Below, in pieces: positions 13,079 through 22,029 of a DNA stretch of 64,000 bases. A model generated the notes under the pieces. That model ran no database searches and was not told the DNA's origin. It saw only the letters and a list, made by a program, of their open reading frames with translations. A program made the position numbers and the translations under genes. Position 1 is the stretch's first letter. Each line of letters begins with the position of its first letter. The DNA comes from Sphyrna mokarran (Eukaryota), in contig JAGIQG010000009.1 in assembly GCA_024679065.1 (NCBI GenBank), positions 85,746,001-85,810,000 of the forward strand. Direction: 5' to 3'.

Positions 13079-14262
13079 TGTTACTTTAATTTGCAGGAGA
13101 GAAAAAAAACTTCACACACACTTTTATTATTAGGTTAGAGGAGGGGGGAGGGTGGGATACTCTACCTGTGTAGAGTATCGGGTTACCTCTCTGGACCAAT
13201 TTATAGAGTCAGAGAGAAAAACTACAACTACCGGCAGCCCCTAGTGACGACTTCCGGTTACAAGTTAGTTTAAATAAAAAAAAACGGCAAAAACTACTCC
13301 CGCTCGCTGTTTTAAACAAAGAGAAAAGTTAAAAAGCTACTTAACAATCGAACTTCTCGCTCTCCCAAATCGCTGCCTCTCCGTGCTGCTCCAATGGAAC
13401 AATGAGGAGAGATTTGGCAAATTGGGACTGTTTTCCTGAGAAAAACATAGACGTAGAGGAGATCTGATAGAGGTGTACAAGATTTTGAAGGGGATTGTTA
13501 GAGTAAACAGGGTTAAGCTTTTTCCTAGGATGGACTCAAATAGCACAAGGGGTCACGGGCTTAGGGTGAGGGGGGGTAAGGTGTAATTTGGATGCTAGAG
13601 GGAGTTTTTTCACACAGAGGGTGGTGGGGGTATGGAATGCGCTGCCAAGTAAAGTGGTGGAGGCAGGTACTCTGGAGTTATTTAAGAAATACTTAGATGG
13701 GCACATGAACAGAATGGGAATGGAGGGGTATAGAAAACTGATTTAAAATAGGGATCATGAGCCTTGGGAGTCCCTGGGAAGTGTGTAAATAGATGATGAT
13801 ATTTGATGTTACTTGTTTGGTCCGCCTTGTTGTCTAACGAGGGGCATACACGCAATGGGTTGTGGAGGACTGCTCTTGGATCTTTTTCGAGAGTATCCTA
13901 GTGCTTCACGTCGTTAGTGTACACTTGACCTGGACCATTTGATGGGCAACACAACAGCTCAGTGACTATCGCTGTGCTGTGCAGATACATGGATTTGGGC
14001 CTGTGTCTGTGGGAGTTTGCGCATTCTCCCCGTGCTTGCATGGTTTTTCTCCAGGTGCTCCGGTTTCCTCCCACATCCCAAAGATGTGCTCTTAGGCTAA
14101 TTGGCAAAACAAATTCTCCCTAAATTGTCTCAAATTTGGTTTTTAATCCATACATCTATCAACATGGACAGGGATCGTGGGTAGAGGTGGGAACATCGGG
14201 GTGGCGGTGTGGGCTCGTTGGGCCGAAGGGCCTGTTTCCCGTGCTGTTTTGTTCTTTGTTCA

Positions 14263-14720
14263 GACCACCACGCCTAAGCACTTTCCAGTCTATATAAGGG
14301 AAGGTAAAATCTCCCACTACAACAATGCTATTTTTTCTGCAACTATCCAGAATCTCCTTACACATCTCTTTCTCCACTCCGGGGGGCTGTCGAGGGGGAT
14401 GGAGGGGGCTGTCGTATACCCCCAGCATAGTGACTGCGCCCTTCCTGTTTCTGAGCTCCACCCACTGCAACTCTTTACATGACCCTTCTAAATTGTCTTC
14501 CGTCTGCACTGCTGTAATATCAGTATTGCTTCTCTCCCACCTCTTCTCGTCCCTGCTCTGTCTCGGCTAAACCACTTATACCTGGAATATTCAGCTGCCA
14601 CTCCTGTCCTTTCAACCAAGTCACATCACTGCAACCACATTCAAGTTCCGCGCGTGCATTGAGGCTCTAAATTCATCTGTCTTGCCTGTTATGCTCCTTA
14701 CATCCAAGCAGACCTACTCC
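14263..14720 (-). mobile_element. Degraded CR1 endonuclease fragment
   Basis: WVELRNRKGAVTMLGVY...VVGDF in ORF 14159-14509. Confidence 0.75.
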
Positions 14721-14916
14721 ACTCCTCCCCCAGATTGCTCTTCCTTTTAGATAGCCTTGTCCTGGCCCCAAGCTCGCCCCCAGCCTTATTGTGCTGATTG
14801 ACCTATTGTTTTGACCCTGTTTACTCCTCAATTCCGCCTCCCTCCTTTCACATCCCCTAACTCCGGATCCTCCCTCCATCCCTCCACACTCCCCTCCTCC
14901 TCCTCCTCTCACTTAC

Positions 14917-15454
14917 CGATCACAGCCAGTGTCAGGAAGGTGAAGGCTCCGCTCAGGGGGAGGAGGTCGGGCCGGGACAGGGTGAGGAGGCGGCGGCTGA
15001 TGGCGGTGCGCGCCGAGCCCGGAGCCTCCCCCCGCGGGCCCGGAGCCTCCCCCCGCGGGCCCGGAGCCTCCCCCCGCGGGCCCGGCAGCAGCCTCTCCAG
15101 CAGCCCGGCCGCCAGCCCCGAGGCCGAGTGCGAGAGCAGCAGCAGCGGCCAGGAGAGGCCGGGGCCGCGGTCCCCCCGCACCAGGCGCCGCAGCGGCAGC
15201 AGCAGGCTGGAGCAGGCCGTGTAGAGCAGCACCGGGCCCCGCAGGCAGCCCAGCCGGGGGCCCAGCAGCAGCCCCAGGGACAGGGCCCCCAGCACCGCCA
15301 CAGCCGGCAGCAGCGGCCCCGGGACAGGCGGCAGCAGCGGCGGCAGCAGCAGGTGCAGCAGAGCGGGGAGCAGAGAGAGCGCCAGTGCCCGGGGGCAGCA
15401 CTCTGAAACCGGGGAGGGAACCCCCAAAGGAAGCCGGCTGGACCCGGACACCAT
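14917..15454 (-). CDS. TAP2: TAP2-like ABC peptide transporter, first coding exon (TMD0 and start of core TMD)
   Basis: GC-rich 538-bp frame from ATG 15454 with a Leu-rich hydrophobic N-terminus. It ends RRLLTLSRPDLLPLSGAFTFLTLAVIG, matching my recollection of mammalian TAP2 RLLKLSRPDLPLLVAAFFFLVLAVLG. Phase-1 donor G|GTAAGT. Lies next to a class I gene. Start codon is less certain than the 3' end. Confidence 0.85.
15017..15085 (-). repeat. 21-bp coding VNTR, about 3.3 copies, encoding (PGPRGEA)n within the TAP2-like exon
   Basis: gcccggagcctccccccgcgg repeated perfectly three times, plus gcccgg. Confidence 0.95.
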
Positions 15455-15496
15455 CCTCCTCAAAGAGCCAGAGCAGAGTGATCCAGGTCGGCCACA

Positions 15497-15534
15497 GCTT
15501 TCAGTTTCACTACCAGAGAGAGAAAGGCCCGCCC
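15497..15534. promoter_or_regulatory. ISRE and GC box just upstream of the TAP2-like ATG
   Basis: GCTTTCAGTTTCACT 15497-15511 and CCCGCCC 15528-15534. The minus strand here also resembles a splice acceptor (ctttctctctctggtag). Confidence 0.6.
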
Positions 15535-15559
15535 AGAGAACACACAACGAGAAAGTGTG

Positions 15560-16370
15560 GAGAAATATACAGAGAGAAATGTATATACAGAGAAATATAT
15601 ACAATATAGAGTATACATAGATAAATACATCATGTACAGAAAATATAAACTACATGCAGAGAGAAGTTATGTATATATAGAAATATATACCAATATGTAC
15701 TATATATAGACAAATAGTATTGGGATAAATATTAAATACAGAAAATGTGGAATACATATAGAGGGTGTAGATAAATATATGCAGAAATATGAATATAAAA
15801 TAGATTTATATAGAGAGGAATAGTACAGAGATAAATACATAGAGAATACAAATTACATATAGCCAGAAAGAATAGGTAAACATAAAAATATACGATACAA
15901 ATTACATATGGAGAATAGAGATAAATATATATAATAAATTATATAGAGTTTAAATAAATATAAATTATATCTATAGATTATATATAGAGACAATGGTTAA
16001 ATTATATAGGTTATATATGGAGAGAGAATATAGAGATATACACCACGAGGTATTGAAAAATATATGTAATGTAGATTATATACAGAAAGATGAGATAAAT
16101 ATATAAATTATATACAGAAATACATCCCAGAGAGGAAGAAAGTATAGAGATAAATATAAACAATACTGATTGTAGATACATAAAAAGAATTAATATGTAC
16201 CATGTATAGATAAATATACATCTATATATATTTTATATACAAAGGAAGTATACACAAAATAGATTATATAGAGAGAATATAGATAAATATGCAACAATAT
16301 AGATTTCACAGAGTGAATATAGGTAACTACATAGAAAGTAGATAAATGTGTGTGTGTGTGTGTATATAAG
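15560..16370. repeat. AT-rich low-complexity (ATAG/AT/AG) tract
   Basis: Degenerate agataaatatat-type units. Confidence 0.85.
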
Positions 16371-17035
16371 ATATAGAACATATAGAACATAGAACAATAC
16401 AGCACAGAACAGGCCCTTCGGCCTTCGATGTTGTGCCGACCAAAATAAAAAGCAATGCCCCTCCAAACTAAACCATTCCCTTCTCTTCCATATACTTATC
16501 AATTAACTCTTAAACGCCACCAAACTTGGCGCATCTACAACAGCTGCAGGCAGGGCATTCCACTCCCTAATCACTCTTTGAGTAAAGAACCTACCTCTGA
16601 TATCCGTCCTATAACTCATACCCCTTAATTTAAAGCTGTGTCCCCTCGTGCTAGCTTTCTCCATCCTAGGAAAAAGGCTATCACTGTCCACCCTATCTAA
16701 ACCTCTAATCATCTTATATGCTTCAATAAGATCCCCTCTTAGCCGCCTCCTTTCTAACGAAAACAACCTCAAATCCTTCAACCTCTCTTCATAGGACCTG
16801 CCCTCCATACCAGGCAACATCCTGGTAAACCTCCTCTGTACCCTCTCCAATGCCTCACATCTTTCTTATAATGTGGGGACCAGAACTGCACACAATACTC
16901 CAAGTGCGGCCGCACTAGAGTTTTGTACAGTTGCAACATGATGCTGCGGCTCCTAAATTCAATCCCCCTACCAATAAAAGCTAAGACTCCATATGCCAAT
17001 CTCCCTACCAATAAAAGCTAAGACTCCATATGCCA
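16371..17035 (-). mobile_element. CR1 family A 3' fragment
   Basis: Near-identical to the 3' end of the 9186-13402 copy; 37-bp tandem duplication at the 5' junction. Confidence 0.92.
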
Positions 17036-20000
17036 ATATGTATTGTGGTCACCGTTCTCCTGAAGGTTGGGTATTTTGCTGCGAACAATGGTCTGTTTGA
17101 GGTTGCGCAGTTGTCTGAAGGCAAGAAGTAGAGGGGGGGGGTGGGGGGGGTGCGCGGTGGATGGCTCTGGCGAGATGTTCATCATCATCAATGATGTGTT
17201 GAAGACTCCGGAAAAGATGTCATAGCTTCTCCGCTCCGGGGAAGTACTGGACCACAAAGGGTATCTGTCCACATGTCTCGTGTTCATCTTCTGAGGAGAT
17301 CAGTGTGGTTTATCGCTGTGGCACGCCGGAACTATCGATCGATGAGTCGAGCGCTATATCCTGTTCTCATGAGGGCATCTTTCAGCGTCAGGAGGTGTCT
17401 GTCGCGATCCTCCTCATCTGAGCAAATTCTATGTATACGGAGGGCTTGTTTAACGTGTTTCGGGTGGAAGCTGGAGAAGTGGAGCATTGTGAATTTGTCT
17501 GCCGGCTTGCGGTACAGTGAGGTGCTGAAGTGACCATCCTTGATGGAGATGCGTGTATCCAATAATACAACCAATTCTGAGGAATAGTTCATGGTGAGTC
17601 TGATAGTGGGATGGAACTTGTTGATATCATCATATAGTTGTTTCAATGATTGTTCACCATGAGTCCAAAGGAAAAAAATGACACCAATTATCCAGTGTAT
17701 AGCATTGGTTGAAGGTCCTGTGCAGTGAAGAAGTCTTGTTCGAACCTGTGCATGAAGATGTTGGCATATTGAGATGCGAATTTGGTCCCCATGGCTATTC
17801 CGTGTATCTGGACATTGTGGTCCAGGATAAAGGGATGAGCTGTAAAATTGCATCTGGAAACTGGCAGTTGTTGGCATTGACTACTGAGGCAGTTGCAGCA
17901 ATGCGATCGTCATGGGGGATGTTGGTGTAGAGTGCCGAGACATCCATTGTGACAAGGAGTATCCCTGGTTCAACTGCTCCATGGGTGCTGAGTTTCCGTA
18001 GGAAGTCCGTAGTGTCACAACCAAATTCGCACCTCAATATGCCAACATCTTCATGCATAGGTTCAAACAAGATTTCTTCACCGCATGGGATCTTCAACCG
18101 AGGCTATAAACTAGATACATTGATGACATTTTTTTCCTTTGGACTCATGGTGAACAATCATTGAAACAACAATATGATGACATCGACAAGCTCTATCCCA
18201 CCATCAGACTCACCATGGACTATTCTCCGGAATCGGTTGCATTCTTCGACACACGCATCTCCATTAAGGACGGTCACCTCAGCACCTCACTGTACAGCAA
18301 GCCAACAGACAACCTCACAATGCTCCACTTCTCCAGCTTCCACCCTAGACACGTTAAAGAGGCCATCCCCTATGGACAAGCCCTCCGTATGCACAGAATT
18401 TGCTTAGATGAGGAGGATCGCGACAGACACCTCCAGATGCTGAAAGATGCCCTCATGAGAACAGGATATGGCACTCGACTCATCAATTAACAGTTCTGAC
18501 GTGCCACAGCGATAAACCGCACTGAACTCCTCAGAAGACGAACACGGGACATGATGGACAGAGTACCCTTTGTGGTCCAGTACTTCCCCCTGAGGTGACC
18601 ATCCTTGATGGAGTTGCGTGTATCCAATAATACAACCAATTCTGGAGAATAGTTCGTGGTGAGTCTGATAGTGGGATGGAACTTGTTGATATCATCATAT
18701 AGTTGTTTCAATGATTGTTCACCATGAGTCCAAAGGAAAAAAAAATGACACCAATGTATCCAGTATATAGCATTGGTTGAAGGTCCTGTGCAGTGAAGAA
18801 ATCTTGTTTGAACCTGTGCATGAAGATGTTGGCATATTGAGATGCGAATTTGGTCCCCATGGCTGTTCCGTGTGTCTGGACATTGTGGTCAAGGATAAAG
18901 GGATGAGCTGTAAAATTGCATCTGGAAACTGGCAGTTGTTAGCATTGAGTACTGAGGCAGTTGCAGCAATGTGATTGTCATGGGGAATGTTGGTGTAGAG
19001 TGCCGAGACATCCATTGTGACAAGGAGTATCCCTGGTTCAACTGGAGCGGAGAAGCTACGACATCTTCTCTTGGAGTCTTCAACACATCATTGATGATGA
19101 TGAACATTTCGCCAGGTCCATCCCCACACCCCCACTTCTTGCTTTCAGATAACCGCGCAACCTCAAACAGATCATTGTTCACAGCAAACGACCAACCTTC
19201 AGGAGAACAGTGACCACAATACCACACAACCCTGCCACAGCAACCTCTGCAAAACATGCCGGATCATCGACATGGATAACATCATCAAACGTGAGAATAC
19301 CATTCACCAAGTACACGGTACATACTCTTGCAACTCGGCCAACATTGTCTACCTAATACATTGCAAGAAAGGATGTCCCGAAGCATGACACATTGGGGAG
19401 ACCATGCAGACACTACGACAGCGGATGAATGAGCATCGCTCGACAATCACCAGGCAAAATTGTTCCCTTCCTGTTGGCGAGCATTTCAACGGTCACGGGC
19501 ATTTGGCCTCCGACCTTCAGGTAAACGATCTCCAAGGGGGCCTTCACGACACACGACAGTGCAGAGTCGCTGAGCAGAGACTGATAGTCAAGTTTTGCAC
19601 ACATGAGGATAAGTGTATGCTTAAATTGGACCATCTGATGGGCAACATGACAGCTCAGAGACTATCGCTGTTGCTGTGCAGACGCATGGATTTGGGTCTG
19701 TGTCTGCGGGAGTTTGCGCGTTCTCCCCGTGGTTGCGTGGGTTTTCTCCGGGTGCTCCGGTTTCCTCCCACATCCCAAAAATGTGCTCTTAGGCTGATTG
19801 GGCAACAAATTTTCCCTATATTGGTCCCTAATTGTCATTAAGACGTTAGGACGGCGGCGTGGGCTCATTGGGCCGAAGGGCCTGTTTCCCGTGCTGTGTT
19901 GCTCTTTGTTCTTTGTTCTTTGTTCTTGTCTTAACAGGGGCCTTGGCTTCATGTCACACTATCTGTAACCCCCATGACTTGCCTGGGTTAGCAAAAAACC

Positions 20001-20315
20001 TCACTTACTGTGCTGTCTGGAGACAATACACATTTCTTTAACCTGTGCTCAGTGCTCCTTCCACTCACATTGTTAGCCACTTTAAGACTTGAATAGCAGA
20101 TTAGGTGTAAAGATTCGCACTATAATCAGTAATCTGTAATAGTCTGTGCTGGTATCTGTGCTGTTGGAGACCAGAACACTTCATTCACCTGACGAAGACC
20201 ATAGAGTTGAAAGCTTGTGAGTTTACTATCAAATAAATTGGTTGGATTTAAATCTAATTTTGTCAGACTTCTTACTGTGTTTACCCCGGTCCAACGCTGG
20301 CATCTCTACATCAGC
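17036..20315. mobile_element. Penelope-like element complex with inverted and duplicated segments
   Basis: PLE RT motifs (LVTMDVSALYTNIPH, LDTRISIKDGHLSTSLY, KEAIPYGQALR) and a GIY-YIG region (NIVYLIHCKKGC...IGETMQTLRQRMNEHR). Segments alternate -,+,-,+. Interrupted by a CR1 3' UTR at about 19615-19925. Confidence 0.88.
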
Positions 20316-20410
20316 AACCTGAATTTTCAGACTTTGCCCAACAACAAATGATTCACATCGGCTGTTTGTTCTCATTGGTTTTTTGTTCCCAATTTCTCCC
20401 GCTGTAACCA

Positions 20411-20534
20411 GGAGTTTCCCGGAATTATTGTCATTTTCCAAGAATATCTAAGCCTGGAGGAGGGGCAGAAAGTGAGATTACTGGGGTGGGGTGTGGTGGG
20501 GGGGGGCAGCGGGCAAAGGTAGCAGGAATTTCCC
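20411..20534. promoter_or_regulatory. Candidate kB/GAS/GAS/kB cluster upstream of TAP2
   Basis: GGAGTTTCCC 20411-20420 overlapping TTCCCGGAA 20416-20424; TTCCAAGAA 20436-20444; GGAATTTCCC 20525-20534; in a non-repetitive island. Confidence 0.45.
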
Positions 20535-22029
20535 AGTGTTGGCAAATGGCAGAGATCCTGAAGAGAAAATACAGTGTGAGCAATTGCATTATACTTTAGG
20601 GCATTATTCTGTACTCTGACCCTTTGTCCCATTTGTTCCCCATTTCTAAGGACAACCTGTGGGAGACTGAGCAGGGGAATAAATTGTGGGACAATAAATT
20701 TTTGGAGTTGCTGAATGAAGGATTATACTGAGTCCACAAGATTGCATTAAACCTGCTCTCCTTCCTGCTCAGGTGGTTTCCAGACCCCCCTCTGCCATTA
20801 TAGTAGCCCTCATTCTCCACTCATATGGCAACCACCCCAGTCTGCAGTCAAACTTTTACACCCACATAACCTGGCCCAAGGCGAGTGTGAAAGCAGGAAG
20901 GAACAGGCAGGAGAGGTTGGGAATAGGAGATGACAGAGCAATGGGTGGACAGACTAGAACAAGTTATGTACAGTAACGGGACCCTGAGTGAGTAAGGATC
21001 CTTAGGATTTAGCAGAGAGAGAAAGAGGGTCCTCAGAGAAGGGAATAGGAGAGCACATGGAGCCAGGAGGGCAAGCAAATTAAGGAGTGGGCCTTGAAGG
21101 CAGGAGAGTCATCCCTGAGAGCCGGCTGGAGTAATTGAGGTTTGGTCCAGAGTGCAGTTGGAGCAGGATCCAGGGTTACTACTGGGACTCAGCAATCCCA
21201 CAGAGAGTGAGAAAGACACCAGAGCCCCAAAACACCAGCCCCATACAGGGAGGGAGCAAAGCAGCCCCACTCCATGTGTTTATGTGATGGCCCCTTCTCC
21301 AAGCCTACACTTTGGAATCTCTGAGTGTGTGAGGACATAATTGCACTGGAGGGGGGAGGAGCGATGAGAGGAGATTCACCAGGATGCTGTCTTGAATGGA
21401 ACATTTAAATTATGAAAAGAGATTGGGTAGACTTAGGTTGTTTTCATTGGAGCACAGAAGACTGAGGGGTGACCTGATTGAGGTGTATAAGATTATGAGA
21501 TACATGGACAGTGGATAAGGAGCAGCTGTTTCCCTTGGAGGACTGTTGAGAGTCAGCCACATTGCTGTGTCTCTGGAGTCACACGTAGCCCAAACAGGTT
21601 AGGACAGCAGATTTCCTTCCCTAAAGGACATTAATGAACCAGGTGGGTTTTTCTGACAATCTACAATGGTTTCATGGTCATTGATAGATTCTTAATTCCA
21701 GATATTTTATATTAAATTCAAATTCCACCATCTGCCATGATCTCCCAGAATATTAGCTAAATTTCTGGATTAATAATCAAGCGATATATTATTGCTACAT
21801 TATATATATCTGGCAATAATACCATTAGCCACTACCTCTCCAGTGTGTTTTCTTTAATCTGTCAAGGGTGGGCTTTGCTAGAAAGGCCAGCAATTATTAA
21901 TTCATTGTTTCCAGAGGAGCAATTGGAGTGGAGATACAGTACAGAGAGCTTGTAGGTAAGAGGGATTTTTATCTTACTTTTCTTGGAGGTTTTTTTTCTA
22001 AATTGGGAGTGTAAAACCAAAAGTAGGAC

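Larger units (their letters stand above)
9186..13402 (-). mobile_element. Full-length, apparently intact CR1-clade LINE (family A)
   Basis: 5' UTR, ORF1, ORF2, then a 3' UTR with GGCCGAAGGGCC hairpin and (ATGTTCT)n tail. It interrupts a family-B CR1 between ...CTGAGTTAC and GAGGAGAG... Confidence 0.95.
5113..14262 (+). mobile_element. Family B CR1 host split into three pieces (about 5113-6232, 8567-9185, 13403-14262) by two family A insertions
   Basis: ORF2 continues across both insertions (RRQRVI|VEGCF and GLSY|EER); 3' UTR and tail end at about 14262. Confidence 0.88.

Noticed and set aside
14811-15406. Alternative-frame ORFs over the GC-rich island (14811-15224, 14913-15401, 15128-15406)
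   Set aside because: Low-complexity by-products of high GC; only the 14909-15604 frame has the TAP2 motif and a proper splice donor.
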